Source of the DNA: an uncultured Candidatus Saccharibacteria bacterium
GTDB lineage: Bacteria; Patescibacteriota; Minisyncoccia; Minisyncoccales; CAYUYO01
Direction of reading: 5' to 3'
DNA: 64,000 nucleotides
Assembly: GCA_964449385.1 (NCBI GenBank)
Contig: CAYUYO010000001.1
Coordinates: forward strand, 36,720-100,719
Made by a program: the position numbers and the translations under genes. The notes beneath the pieces were generated by a model. It worked only from the letters and a program-made list of their open reading frames with translations. It did no database searches and was not told the origin of the DNA. Positions within the stretch are counted from its first letter, which is position 1. Every line of letters starts with the position of its first letter. This document shows, piece by piece, positions 47,656 through 59,500 of the stretch.

Positions 47656-50528
47656 CCGATTATTTCTTTAGCTAATTGATTAAAGTCTTGAGTTAATTTT
47701 TCCAGTTTTTTTGAATCTTTCTCGAATTCAGCTTTTTTAATTTCTTTGGAAATTTCATCCAGTTTATTTTTAATTTTCAAGGATTGAAGTTCTGCTAAGC
47801 AATATTTTATTTCAGATTCTACTTCTTTTTCCTCTATATCTTCTATTTCTGCTTTCAGTGAAAGATAATTAAAAAACTCTGAGTCAGGATTTTGATTTTT
47901 TCTTAAACTAATTAAAAATTTCTGAATATCGTCTGGAAAATCAACTAGTTTATCTTTTTCAATAAGATTTATATTTTTAGGAAATTTTATAATTAAAGTA
48001 ACTATTCTTTCTTCTAAAAGTTCTTTTCTCGACTTTATAGGATTCTTGTTTTCAGCAGGAAGAGAAACTATCTCAATATTTTCAATTTTTGTTTTTTTTA
48101 ATTCTTCTTCAACGCTTTCTTCTTTAACTTCTAATTTCTTTGCCAATTCCTGAATCCAAAATGATTGTTCAATTTTATTCGGAATTCTCCTAATAACGGG
48201 CAAAAGGATTTTAGAAATTTCCCTTTTGTCTTCTGGAGTTTTGGAATCTCTACTGGAAAAAGTTGTATCAAAATAAAAATCAAGAATTGACTTTGTTGAT
48301 TTAAGAGCTTCTTTCCAAATATTGGGATCTTTGGCAATGATTTCGGCCGGGTCTTTGCCTTTTGGTAAAAGCACTACTTTTATATTAAACCCTTGAGTCT
48401 GAGCTAGATCAATCCCCTTTTTGGTAGCGGAATCACCGGCAATATCCATATCGAAAGAAGTTAATAAATTACTGGAATATCTTTTCAAAATTTTTAATTG
48501 AAAGGAAGTTAGAGCCGTTCCAGAAACAGCTGCAACATTTTCATTACCTGCTTGGGAAACCATAATAACATCTGTATAACCCTCAACTAAAATACAAGAA
48601 TCTTTTTTTCTAATTTCTATTTTTGCTTTATTCAAACCGTACAAAGTTTGGCTTTTATCATAAAGAAGAGTGTTGGGCGTATTAAGATATTTAGCAGGAT
48701 CATCGGACTTGAATATTCTTCCTCCGAAACCAATAACCTGAGAGTTCAAGTCAAAAATAGGAAAAATAATTCTGCCTCTGAATCTGTCAAAAAAATTTCC
48801 TTTAGCTTTTTCAGATTTAATAGCTAAGCCGGCTTTCTCTATTTCTTCTTTCTGATATCCTTTAGAAATTAAAAAATCAGACAATCCTTGCCAAACATCC
48901 GGCGAATAACCGAGCCTCCACTTCTTAATACTTTCTTCTAAAATCCCTCTCTGTAAAAGATATTCTTTTACTTCTTGGCCTACTTTTGATTCTAACTGCC
49001 TTTCGAAAAATTGAGCTGCCAGTTCGCAAATTTCATATAATCTTTGCCTTTCTGTTTTTAATTCCGGAGATTGTTTTTTTAATTCCACGCCAGCTCTCTG
49101 AGCTAAAATTCTCAAAGCATCGCCGAACTCCACTCCCTCAATTTTCATTACAAATTTAAAAATGTCACCTCCTTCACCGCAGTTCCCCACCACAAAATTA
49201 TTAGCTACATAAGAATGGTCTTTGTCTACGGTTAAATTATAAACGCTACCATTAAACTTCCTTTTCTTAATTTCTTTAACTGGAAAAAGAACGTATAAAA
49301 CATTATTTTTTTTATAAAAATCAGCAAAATGTAATTTAATATTTTCCTGCCAGGAAATTTCAAATGATTTTCTATGATGAACTCCTTTTTTATCAATTTT
49401 TGCTTTATTTGTGATGATTGTCGGTATAATTCCCAATCTTAATAAAATATCTCGTAATTGTTCAGTTAAAACCGGTGAAATAGTACCGATAGATTTGAAA
49501 TACCTTTCTGTTTTTGTCTTAGCTACTCTACCCGTATATCCATCTCCTCTAAAAATCGCCTCTAAAATTATTCTTTGCTTCTTCGGAGGAAGATGTTGAA
49601 AATCAAAAGGGATGTGTTTATTTTCTGCTCCTTTACCGCAAAGGTTTCCAAAAATATTAGCCAAATTAGAGCTATTAGCAACAATGTCTAAGCCCCTATA
49701 CTCTTTTCTCTTTTTACGCCGAATAGTACTCTCTAAATTAAATACATTTTTAAGGAAATTTATAATATCTTTGGCAAAATCTTTTTCATAAGTAGCGATG
49801 CTAAATATGATGTGCCCATAATTATCAACACTACCTTCTGCAATCCAGTATCCTATCAATTTTAAAAAGTCTTCATTCATTTCCACTTTCGTGGGAAATT
49901 TTTTTGATCTTCTGTCATGGTCACTAATCCTACGAGTAAAATAGTCATTCAAATTTATGAACTTTTTATCTTCTTCTTTCGTATCAATAGGAAAGAGCAA
50001 ATAATCATTTATGGAGATATTACCTATTGGAATTTTCTCTATTTTATAATCTAAAAAATATTTTGTAGGACAATTTCGTGAACAACGCCATTGACAAATT
50101 CTTGTTTCCCGATTTTTTTGTCTACAATTTTTTGTTTTTATAGCATACACTTCATGGTCGGCGGTCAAAGAAACCCAATCGCTAGATTTACGTACTCTTA
50201 TGTCTACTATTTCTCCATTGTATGGTCGTTTAAAGGTTTTAATAACTGGCATAAACCTTCCCTGGTGCGTAAGCACTTGCTGACCAATTTGCACATCTTC
50301 AATATTGTGATACCCTCTAAATGTTTTAATTAAAGAACCTGAAGGAAAACAACCACCAAAGCAATGCCAAATTTGCTTTGCTGGAGATATAAAAAAAGAA
50401 GGAGTCTTTTCCGAATGAAAAGGACAAAGAGCCCGATAATTTATTCCGGCTTTTTGCAGTTTGATATAACTACCAATAACTTCAACAATATCCAATCGCG
50501 ATTTAATTTCCTCAACCGGACTTAACAT
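47652..50528 (-). CDS. dnaG: DNA primase DnaG interrupted by an intein
   Basis: Zinc finger [11 protein letters not shown]...HCFG, then intein, then [17 protein letters not shown] domain ([13 protein letters not shown]...DMDIAGD). 958 aa against ~600 aa typical. Confidence 0.85.
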   Translation of the reverse strand: MLSPVEEIKSRLDIVEVIGSYIKLQKAGINYRALCPFHSEKTPSFFISPAKQIWHCFGGCFPSGSLIKTFRGYHNIEDVQIGQQVLTHQGRFMPVIKTFKRPYNGEIVDIRVRKSSDWVSLTADHEVYAIKTKNCRQKNRETRICQWRCSRNCPTKYFLDYKIEKIPIGNISINDYLLFPIDTKEEDKKFINLNDYFTRRISDHDRRSKKFPTKVEMNEDFLKLIGYWIAEGSVDNYGHIIFSIATYEKDFAKDIINFLKNVFNLESTIRRKKRKEYRGLDIVANSSNLANIFGNLCGKGAENKHIPFDFQHLPPKKQRIILEAIFRGDGYTGRVAKTKTERYFKSIGTISPVLTEQLRDILLRLGIIPTIITNKAKIDKKGVHHRKSFEISWQENIKLHFADFYKKNNVLYVLFPVKEIKKRKFNGSVYNLTVDKDHSYVANNFVVGNCGEGGDIFKFVMKIEGVEFGDALRILAQRAGVELKKQSPELKTERQRLYEICELAAQFFERQLESKVGQEVKEYLLQRGILEESIKKWRLGYSPDVWQGLSDFLISKGYQKEEIEKAGLAIKSEKAKGNFFDRFRGRIIFPIFDLNSQVIGFGGRIFKSDDPAKYLNTPNTLLYDKSQTLYGLNKAKIEIRKKDSCILVEGYTDVIMVSQAGNENVAAVSGTALTSFQLKILKRYSSNLLTSFDMDIAGDSATKKGIDLAQTQGFNIKVVLLPKGKDPAEIIAKDPNIWKEALKSTKSILDFYFDTTFSSRDSKTPEDKREISKILLPVIRRIPNKIEQSFWIQELAKKLEVKEESVEEELKKTKIENIEIVSLPAENKNPIKSRKELLEERIVTLIIKFPKNINLIEKDKLVDFPDDIQKFLISLRKNQNPDSEFFNYLSLKAEIEDIEEKEVESEIKYCLAELQSLKIKNKLDEISKEIKKAEFEKDSKKLEKLTQDFNQLAKEIIG
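49182..50351 (-). mobile_element. intein (~390 aa) with LAGLIDADG homing-endonuclease domain inside the dnaG zinc-finger coding region
   Basis: Block [11 protein letters not shown], block B LTADHEV, LAGLIDADG-like [11 protein letters not shown] and [12 protein letters not shown]-terminal [21 protein letters not shown] followed by +1 Cys. Confidence 0.8.
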
Positions 50529-50534
50529 AAAAGA

Positions 50535-51362
50535 TTATTTCTCTGATTTTTCTCTTGACCAAACTGACATTTGTGGAAATGGAATTTCTATGCCTTCTTT
50601 ATCAAAAGCAATTTTTAATCTTCGCCTAAACTCTTTTAAGGTATCCCATTGTTTAAGAGGTTTTGTTTCTCCTAAAACTTTTATTTCTACGCCAGATTCG
50701 CCAAATTTATCTGGTCCTGGCCCTGCTACCTGAATCGGCTTTATAATATATTCATTCCAAGGAGATTCAACCGCCATTTCCTGCCCTACTTTATTAATCA
50801 AAGTCATTACTTTGTCTATATCTTCTTTGTAAGCTACGGAAACATTCATGTGCGCTCTGGAAAAATCTTTAGTCAGATTAGCAGCCACTTTAAACGAGCC
50901 GTTAGGAATATGGTAAACTTTACCGTCCAAATCTCTTAAAACTGTTTTTCTTAAAGTAATATCTTCCACTCCTCCGCAGATTTCATCTAAACAAACCACG
51001 TCTCCTATTCGATACTGATTCTCAATAATTATAAAAAGACCGGCTAAAAAATCTCTCACTACATACTGAGCGCCAAAACCAAGAGCCACGCCAACAATTC
51101 CAGCGCCAGCTAAAATAGGCGCAATATTTATACCAAATTCCGGCAGGACCAGCATTACGGCCATAAACCAAACAATAATATTTAAAGCACCGTTAAAAAT
51201 TCCAATTAATGTATTTTCCCTTTTTTCTTCTGCTTCCTTGTTTTCGGATTTAACTGCTTGCCTGATTGTTTTTCCAACAAGTTTTTTACCAAAATGATTA
51301 ATTAAAAAAGCAGCAACTAAAATGCAAATAATTTTAATACCGTGAATGAAAATCCAGTCCAT
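50535..51362 (-). CDS. MscS-family mechanosensitive channel
   Basis: TM helices plus a conserved MscS beta domain (NYRIGDVV..., VGETKPL). Confidence 0.75.
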   Translation of the reverse strand: MDWIFIHGIKIICILVAAFLINHFGKKLVGKTIRQAVKSENKEAEEKRENTLIGIFNGALNIIVWFMAVMLVLPEFGINIAPILAGAGIVGVALGFGAQYVVRDFLAGLFIIIENQYRIGDVVCLDEICGGVEDITLRKTVLRDLDGKVYHIPNGSFKVAANLTKDFSRAHMNVSVAYKEDIDKVMTLINKVGQEMAVESPWNEYIIKPIQVAGPGPDKFGESGVEIKVLGETKPLKQWDTLKEFRRRLKIAFDKEGIEIPFPQMSVWSREKSEK

Positions 51363-51580
51363 AAATTTAAAAATAAAAATTAATTATTATGCGGGACACT
51401 TTCGGCCGTTCCGACCTTAGTCGTGGACAGATTCGTTTACTATCCGATTTTAATTATAACTCATTTTTATTAAAAGAAAAGTTCTCTCCCACAGATGTGA
51501 AAGAGAGCTCCGTCGTCCAAGGGACCAAGAAATCGAGTTTCCCAAACAAGAACCAAATTCCCAAGAGTCCAAGGACTTTT

Positions 51581-52213
51581 TTACTTGCAGAAGACCAAGA
51601 AATCGGCAGGATCCCAGATAAAGTCAGGATTGTCCCAATCCAAACTGCCGCAGAGCCATAGCTTCGAGGTAAGACACCCCACTAAGAACACGCGCGGGTG
51701 ACCAGCAGAATCGATAATGGGCTCCATCCATATAAGAACCCACTCGTTGTTCGGCTGGTCTTGGCATTGCAGACGCAGTTGAGGACCGACTTCTGGTGGA
51801 CAGAGCTCAAGTCCGAGTTCCTTGGCGCGTTCGTATATCTGGTCGCTCCGGGCACCTTTCTTGAAGCCGAGTTCGGCAAGCGTGACTTTTACAAGATCCA
51901 CCTCGATCGTCTCGGTAGCTACTGTAAAAGCTGGCTTTCCAAGGATGTCGTCGGCCCAGTGGCTGATATCAAATCCGTTGTCCTTCAGGGCTTTGCGGAA
52001 ATCATCAGCGGTCTTGAGGCCGGTGCCAAGGTTGATGGTTTTCCAGATATTGAATTCGGGATCGGGTGAACAAAATGCATTACTGAGAGCTTTCTGCACA
52101 GCCCTGGGGTTTTGAATCCATCTCTGCATCACATCGCCCGAAAGCTCGGGCATGTTCTCGCCGACCACGGCGAGAAATTTGGCAGTCTGCCGATCATAGG
52201 TTTTCGCTGTCAT
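51581..52213 (-). CDS. hypothetical protein in compositionally foreign (~50% GC) cassette
   Basis: Longest ORF of several alternative frames in the GC-rich block; SD AAGGAG upstream of the ATG; no motif recognised. Confidence 0.4.
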   Translation of the reverse strand: MTAKTYDRQTAKFLAVVGENMPELSGDVMQRWIQNPRAVQKALSNAFCSPDPEFNIWKTINLGTGLKTADDFRKALKDNGFDISHWADDILGKPAFTVATETIEVDLVKVTLAELGFKKGARSDQIYERAKELGLELCPPEVGPQLRLQCQDQPNNEWVLIWMEPIIDSAGHPRVFLVGCLTSKLWLCGSLDWDNPDFIWDPADFLVFCK

Positions 52214-52247
52214 TAGCGTTTTCTCCTTTTGCTAGCGGGCTACTTCT

Positions 52248-52299
52248 GTAGTCATAGCCAGTAGACACCGAAAAATCAGTGGCTTTTGGCTATGACTAC
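52248..52299. repeat. perfect 13-bp inverted repeat (gtagtcatagcca / tggctatgactac) with 26-nt spacer, 35-86 nt upstream of ORF 51581-52213
   Basis: Read directly from sequence. Confidence 0.7.
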
Positions 52300-52408
52300 T
52301 AATTCGCAAGTAAATAATGAAAAGAGCTAATTTATTATGTTTAAAGAGTAATACACTAATTAATTTCTGTCAATATTTCCGTGATACATTCTACTCTGAA
52401 GTGCAACA

Positions 52409-52440
52409 TAAAAAAATCACCCAAGAAGGTGATTTTTTTG
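52409..52440. terminator. bidirectional rho-independent terminator (atcacc-caagaa-ggtgat flanked by A7/T7)
   Basis: aaaaaaatcacccaagaaggtgattttttt downstream of the HNH gene. Confidence 0.65.
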
Positions 52441-52471
52441 ATAAGCACTTGAGCCGCAATTTATTTTAGAT

Positions 52472-52525
52472 TAATCGGGTTGCGTCGATAAGAAATTGTC
52501 TTGGCGGGACACTCAGGTTAAGTAT
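52472..52525. repeat. cassette-boundary repeat R1 (taatcggg...cgataagaaattgtcttggcgg + 8-nt variable + ggttaagtat)
   Basis: Matches R2 (53209-53248) and the 3' flank/3' end of tRNA-Ser (54047-54081). Confidence 0.6.
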
Positions 52526-52591
52526 TAATTATTTGAAGGTGTTTTGATGATATTTGTGGTACTCGCTAAGCCAGGCACGTGGGTCGGGATA

Positions 52592-53206
52592 TTATCTTCG
52601 AGCACCGAGAATCTTTTCACACAATTCCACTAGATATTGGCGTAGTAATTTTTCGTCCTTTTCTAAATTTATAAGTTTACGAATCTCTCTTGTCAAAAGT
52701 ATCGCCCTTGCATTTTGAATTACCAGATTATCACCCCTGTCTAATTTCCGATGACAGTTAGGACAAAGATTTAATATATTGAATGATTTTGAGCTTCCTT
52801 TTTCGGCATTTTCAATCCAATGTGCCTTATCTAAAGAACAGTCTTTTTCTCCGCATAGTTCACAGCAAGATCCAACGATTTTTGGTTTATTATTTAAAAG
52901 TTTTTTGTCGCGAGACGGTAAGTTTAACATTTGGACCCACGATCTTCGATGACTACGGAGATTTTTAGCAAAAATTAAATTTCTACTAGATGTTCCCCAG
53001 CGACGCGCAAATAATTTCTGTCCCATTCTCTCACTTAAATATAAATCTTTATAGTCTTTTTCGAACTTAACACGCAATACTTTTTCCATGTCTTTCATTT
53101 TTTGTGGCTTTTCGCCTGGCAGGATGGGTAGAAATCTACCCGTTTTTTTATCTAGTTTTGGATGAAAATTTTTCATAAGATGCTTGAAACTATGTATTTG
53201 GGTCAA
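52592..53206 (-). CDS. HNH-nuclease-domain protein
   Basis: C-terminal CELCGE...DKAHWIEN...NILNLCPNCHRKLD (HNH/Cys4). N-terminal ~100 aa unknown. Possible TTG or internal ATG start. Confidence 0.6.
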   Translation of the reverse strand: MTQIHSFKHLMKNFHPKLDKKTGRFLPILPGEKPQKMKDMEKVLRVKFEKDYKDLYLSERMGQKLFARRWGTSSRNLIFAKNLRSHRRSWVQMLNLPSRDKKLLNNKPKIVGSCCELCGEKDCSLDKAHWIENAEKGSSKSFNILNLCPNCHRKLDRGDNLVIQNARAILLTREIRKLINLEKDEKLLRQYLVELCEKILGARR

Positions 53207-53208
53207 AC

Positions 53209-53248
53209 CGATAATAAATTGTCTTGGCGGTAGCCATGGGTTAAGTAT
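53209..53248. repeat. cassette-boundary repeat R2 (cgataataaattgtcttggcgg + tagccatg + ggttaagtat)
   Basis: 21/22-nt identity with the R1 core; shares the ggttaagtat tail. Confidence 0.6.
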
Positions 53249-53332
53249 CCATGAGAAAGTATCTCACAAGGCTATTTTAACAGATTTCCCGATTGAGAAC
53301 CGAGGCTCTCGGGTCAGACTATATTTTCATTT

Positions 53333-54028
53333 TTATTGAACCGGATGTTTCTTAAGATAGTTATTTATTTTCTCCATTATCCGATCATTCATCTCCATTA
53401 CTTTCAGCACCAACCTATTCGCACGGCTTGCTTTCGCTTGAATATTTTGTTTCCAGAGTTTGGACATCACTTTCGGGTCCTTAGATTCAATATTTGGGAT
53501 CATTAGATTACTGTATCCACCCTCCTTGCCATAGTATCGACGGTGAGTCATCAAAATTCTTTCACTCAAAGTACTTTTAAAATCTTTGTCTTTATCAAAT
53601 TTTTTTAATTCTGTGTCTAGGCGTGCATCCCTAATAATACCGTGGCTAATTATAGTTGAAAGTATTCCCATACTCTTTTCGTCAAAACCAATCCTTAGAC
53701 CTTGATTTACAAACTGAATTACTTTATCGCGATAACCAGTTACTCGAAAAGTAAAATTCTCAATGTGATACAAAGAATTCTCGAAGTGAACAAAGCCAGT
53801 TCGCGAAACAAGATGCCCGCAATCTTTCTTGCTGATACAACTTATCTGATAGTTACACAGTGCTACTGATTCTTGAAGTTTCTGATTAATACGTCGGAGA
53901 TCAGTCGTCAAATGTAACAACTCGTAATGGTAATCTCTTGCGAGTTTAGTAAATCTATTCCCCTGAAAATCAAAGAAAGGTCTCTTCGTTTTCTTTACTT
54001 TTTTCTTACGAATCTTTTTCTTAGTCAT
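53333..54028 (-). CDS. hypothetical protein (Lys-rich N-terminus), cassette cargo
   Basis: 231 aa, no motif recognised. Confidence 0.4.
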   Translation of the reverse strand: MTKKKIRKKKVKKTKRPFFDFQGNRFTKLARDYHYELLHLTTDLRRINQKLQESVALCNYQISCISKKDCGHLVSRTGFVHFENSLYHIENFTFRVTGYRDKVIQFVNQGLRIGFDEKSMGILSTIISHGIIRDARLDTELKKFDKDKDFKSTLSERILMTHRRYYGKEGGYSNLMIPNIESKDPKVMSKLWKQNIQAKASRANRLVLKVMEMNDRIMEKINNYLKKHPVQ

Positions 54029-54075
54029 AGTTTAGGTCCATTTTACTAATCGGGCCTTCCGATACTAAATATTCT

Positions 54076-54165
<90 letters not shown>

Positions 54166-54239
54166 TCTCATTCTCACTATAACTAAAAACTCCTCCCAAA
54201 GCAACTGAGAGAAGTCTTTAATTTAATTTAAAATTCTAA

Positions 54240-56160
<1,921 letters not shown>

Positions 56161-56306
56161 AAATTTTAATAAATTATTTTATGACCTTTAATCACTAATC
56201 TAATATCTTAAATCAGTAAAAGTTTTTTGTCAATTCTAAATATGTAAAAGGTTGCTAATATTACTATTCTTTGCTATTATCTAAAGTGAAGCATTAAACT
56301 ACTTTT

Positions 56307-56711
56307 ATGGGATATTTAATTTTGCAAATTATTGCCGGTGTTTCAGGATTTTTTTTAGCAACTCGTTTTGTCCCTGGAGTAAGCTTAGAAGTTATTCCGG
56401 GCCAGTCCAGTTTATTCGGAATAGATTTTACAGCTACTTGGCAGATTTTGCTTCTAATAGGTACTGCTTTAGGACTAATTAATTTTTTTATTAAGCCGAT
56501 TCTGAAAATAATTACATTGCCTTTACGAATACTTACCCTTGGACTTTTTGGATTAGTGCTCAATATGATTATAGTTTGGGCTGTAGATATTTTCTTTCCC
56601 GAATTAATTATTGAAGGAATAATCCCACTTTTTTTAACCACGGCTATTATTTGGGGAATCAGTTTTTTCTTAGGACTTTATAAATCAAAACAAAAAGTAA
56701 TTATAGAATAA
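56307..56711 (+). CDS. YvlD / phage-holin-4_2-family membrane protein
   Basis: 4 TM helices with ITLPLRILTLGLFGLVLNMIIVWAVD, characteristic of the family. Preferred over the antisense ORF 56294-56641. Confidence 0.55.
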   Translation: MGYLILQIIAGVSGFFLATRFVPGVSLEVIPGQSSLFGIDFTATWQILLLIGTALGLINFFIKPILKIITLPLRILTLGLFGLVLNMIIVWAVDIFFPELIIEGIIPLFLTTAIIWGISFFLGLYKSKQKVIIE

Positions 56712-56713
56712 CA

Positions 56714-56929
56714 ATGGAACAATATTTACCAATTGCTCAAATTATCGTTGCTGTCCTCTTAATAATTTCCATTCTTTTACAACAGAGAGGAACAGCTTTA
56801 GGTTCAGCTTTCGGAGGAGGAGGTGGATTTTATGCTACCAGGCGCGGAATTCAACAGAAACTTCTTTGGGCTACCTGTATTCTCGGAGCTTTATTTATCA
56901 TTTTAGCCCTGTTGAACCTCATTATTTAG
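56714..56929 (+). CDS. secG: preprotein translocase subunit SecG
   Basis: 71 aa, ILLQQRGTALGSAFGGGGG...RRG, 2 TM helices. Confidence 0.75.
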   Translation: MEQYLPIAQIIVAVLLIISILLQQRGTALGSAFGGGGGFYATRRGIQQKLLWATCILGALFIILALLNLII

Positions 56930-56935
56930 CTTAAT

Positions 56936-58918
56936 ATGAAATTGCCATCTAAATCGCAATGGAGACAATTTTTTAAGGTACTGACTAAAAAAGAAAAAAA
57001 TATTTTTCTTATTTTTTTATTTTTCTTTCTAAGTTCCTCTATTTTTCTATTAATTAATTTTTACTTTCAAAACACGGAAGTCAAAGCTGCTATTGGAGGA
57101 AAATATATTGAAGGTATTTTGACTGAAAATGGAGGACCAAGATATATTAATCCTATTTATGCTGAAACCTCTGACGTTAATAGGGATTTGGTAGAAATGA
57201 TTTTTTCAGGACTGATGAAATACAGTCCCGATGGAAAAATCATTCCCGATTTAGTAAAAGAAGATTATAAAGTTTTAGAAGAAGGAATTATTTATGAATT
57301 TTCTTTAAAAGAAAATCTTTTCTGGCACGATTCTAAACCTCTCACAGCTGACGACGTAATTTTTACAATTGAAGCAATTCAAAATCCGGAAATAAACAGC
57401 CCCTTAAGAGTAAATTGGCTGGGAGTTGAAGTAGAAAAAATTTCTGACAGTTCTTTCCGTTTTACTCTAAAAAACCCTTCAGCGGTTTTTCTTGAAAACT
57501 GTACTGTAAAAATAATTCCCAAACACATCTGGCAAGATATTTCTTCTCAAAATTTTCCTCTTGCTACTTATAATCTGGCGCCAGTTGGTTCAGGACCTTA
57601 TAAATTCAAAAAAATATTTCAAGGAAAGGAAGGTAATATCGAATCTTTGGATTTAGAAAGAAATTCTGAATATTTCGGGAAAAAGCCCAATATTTCACAA
57701 ATTTCTTTTCAATTTTTTAACAATAAAGAACAATTAATTGCTGCTGCTAATTTGGGAAAAATTAACGGATTCTCCATAAGACCTTCAAAAGATATTTCTT
57801 TTAAAAATAATCAATTTCAGCAATATTCTCTTTCCTTACCAAGATATTTTGCTATTTTTTTAAATCCTCAAAAATTAAAACTTTTTTCAGAAGAAAAAAT
57901 AAGGCAAGCTCTTAATTACGGAATTGATAAAGAAGAAATTGTTCAAGAAGTCCTGGGAGGTCGCGGTGAAATTATTGATTCCCCCATCCTTCCTGAAATC
58001 TACGGATTTGAAAAACCTTTAGAAATTTATGATTTTAATCCGGAAAAAGCTAAAGAACTTTTGAATAAAGCTGGTTTTACCAAATTCAATCAAGAAGGCA
58101 TATTAGTAAAGACCGTTAAAGAAGAACCTTCTTTTCAATTTAAAAGTGATCTCAAAATCGGTTCTGAAGGAAACGAAGTGAAAAAACTCCAAGAATGTTT
58201 AGCTAGAGACCCCGAAATTTATCCCGAAGGCGAAGTAACCAGCTATTTCGGCTCAAAAACAAAAGCAGCTGTAATCCGTTTTCAGGAAAAATATAAAGAA
58301 GACGTTTTATCTCCTTACAATCTTACTAAGGGAACAGGTGAAGTTAAAACAAGCACTCGGGCAAAATTAAATGAAATTTATTTTCAGTCCTCTGAAGAAA
58401 CAATTCCTTTGAAATTTTCTTTAACTACTGTAGACCAGCCATTATTAATTGAAATGGCTTCTATGGTCAAATCCCAGTTGGAAAAACTTGGGATTGAAAC
58501 TGAAATTAAAACTTTTGATAATTTCACTTTAGAAAGAGAAATTATTAAGCCCAGGGATTACGAAGCTTTGTTATTCGGCGAAGTTTTAGGAGCTATCCCC
58601 GACCCTTTTCCCTTCTGGTCATCTCTGCAAAAAAAGGACCCCGGTTTAAACTTATCCATATATGAAAACAAAGAATGCGATAAGCTACTGGAAGAAGCTC
58701 GACAATCGTTGGATGATGAAATTAGAAAAGAAAAATTAGAAGAATTTCAAAATATTTTAATTGAAGATGCTCCTGTGGTATTTTTAGTTAATCCGGATTA
58801 TCTTTATTTTGTTTCTAAAAAAATTAAAGGAATAGATACGAAATTGATTAGTGATCCTTCAAAAAGATTTTCCGGAATTGAAAACTGGTATATTAAAACA
58901 AAAAGAGCATGGAAATAA
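56936..58918 (+). CDS. ABC-transporter substrate-binding protein, family 5 (peptide/nickel type), membrane-anchored, with an inserted putative peptidoglycan-binding-like module
   Basis: SBP_bac_5-like N- and C-terminal parts. Internal segment GSEGNEVKKLQECLA...YFGSKTKAAVIRFQEKY resembles a PG_binding_1 repeat. Confidence 0.6.
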   Translation: MKLPSKSQWRQFFKVLTKKEKNIFLIFLFFFLSSSIFLLINFYFQNTEVKAAIGGKYIEGILTENGGPRYINPIYAETSDVNRDLVEMIFSGLMKYSPDGKIIPDLVKEDYKVLEEGIIYEFSLKENLFWHDSKPLTADDVIFTIEAIQNPEINSPLRVNWLGVEVEKISDSSFRFTLKNPSAVFLENCTVKIIPKHIWQDISSQNFPLATYNLAPVGSGPYKFKKIFQGKEGNIESLDLERNSEYFGKKPNISQISFQFFNNKEQLIAAANLGKINGFSIRPSKDISFKNNQFQQYSLSLPRYFAIFLNPQKLKLFSEEKIRQALNYGIDKEEIVQEVLGGRGEIIDSPILPEIYGFEKPLEIYDFNPEKAKELLNKAGFTKFNQEGILVKTVKEEPSFQFKSDLKIGSEGNEVKKLQECLARDPEIYPEGEVTSYFGSKTKAAVIRFQEKYKEDVLSPYNLTKGTGEVKTSTRAKLNEIYFQSSEETIPLKFSLTTVDQPLLIEMASMVKSQLEKLGIETEIKTFDNFTLEREIIKPRDYEALLFGEVLGAIPDPFPFWSSLQKKDPGLNLSIYENKECDKLLEEARQSLDDEIRKEKLEEFQNILIEDAPVVFLVNPDYLYFVSKKIKGIDTKLISDPSKRFSGIENWYIKTKRAWK

Positions 58919-59484
58919 AAAATAAACCTCAGATAAGACATTTAGATGAAATGAAAAAAGTTCTCTATGACCAGAAATGGGCTAAAAATGCTTTTAATTC
59001 TGAAATTTATTATGTCTATCGCAACGTCAAGAAAAAAAATGGTTTAAGATACGACATTACTATAATGCCTCCTAATATGTTAGGCAGAGAATTTCCCAAA
59101 ACTAAAGGTCATAAACATAAAGAAAAGTTTCAAGAATTAATTCAAGTCTTAGAAGGAAAAGCTTTTTATTTTGCTCAAAAAGGTAAAGGGAAAAATATTG
59201 AAGATTGTTATTTCACTGAAGCAAAAAAGGGTGATTTTGTTATTATTCCTTCGGACTACGAACATTTAACCATCAACCCTGCTAAAAAAGAGTTAAAAAT
59301 GGCTAATTGGATTTCTGAAAAATGTAAAAACGACTATTCTCTCTTTGAACATCTCCAAGGAGCTTGTTATTACTATACGAAAAGAGGCTGGATTAGAAAT
59401 AAAAACTATGTTAAAATACCTTTACTACATATTAAAAAACCTCTTAAATCAAAACCTAAAAATTTAGATTTCCTTTTAATATAG
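58909..59484 (+). CDS. cupin-type (archaeal-type) glucose-6-phosphate isomerase family protein
   Basis: EFPKTKGHKHKE (TxGHxH) and IIPSDYEHLTINP (cupin metal ligands). Confidence 0.55.
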   Translation: MEIKNKPQIRHLDEMKKVLYDQKWAKNAFNSEIYYVYRNVKKKNGLRYDITIMPPNMLGREFPKTKGHKHKEKFQELIQVLEGKAFYFAQKGKGKNIEDCYFTEAKKGDFVIIPSDYEHLTINPAKKELKMANWISEKCKNDYSLFEHLQGACYYYTKRGWIRNKNYVKIPLLHIKKPLKSKPKNLDFLLI

Positions 59485-59500
59485 TAACTTATTAAATTTT

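Noticed and set aside
47443-47679. Two overlapping Phe/Leu-rich plus-strand ORFs
   Set aside because: They are the reverse complement of the AAG/AAA-rich lysine-repeat region of rpoD.
51682-52115. Several alternative ORFs (65-123 aa) in both strands of the GC-rich block
   Set aside because: High-GC DNA yields long open frames in many phases. The longest (210 aa, minus) has an SD and was retained; the others are treated as shadows, though without homology data this is not certain.
56161-56306. Expected CIRCE (HrcA operator TTAGCACTC-N9-GAGTGCTAA) upstream of groES
   Set aside because: No match to the inverted repeat was seen in the groES upstream region.
56294-56641. 115-aa minus-strand ORF overlapping the holin-like gene
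   Set aside because: The plus-strand reading gives four clean TM helices with a recognisable YvlD-type pattern. The minus-strand frame has no features.
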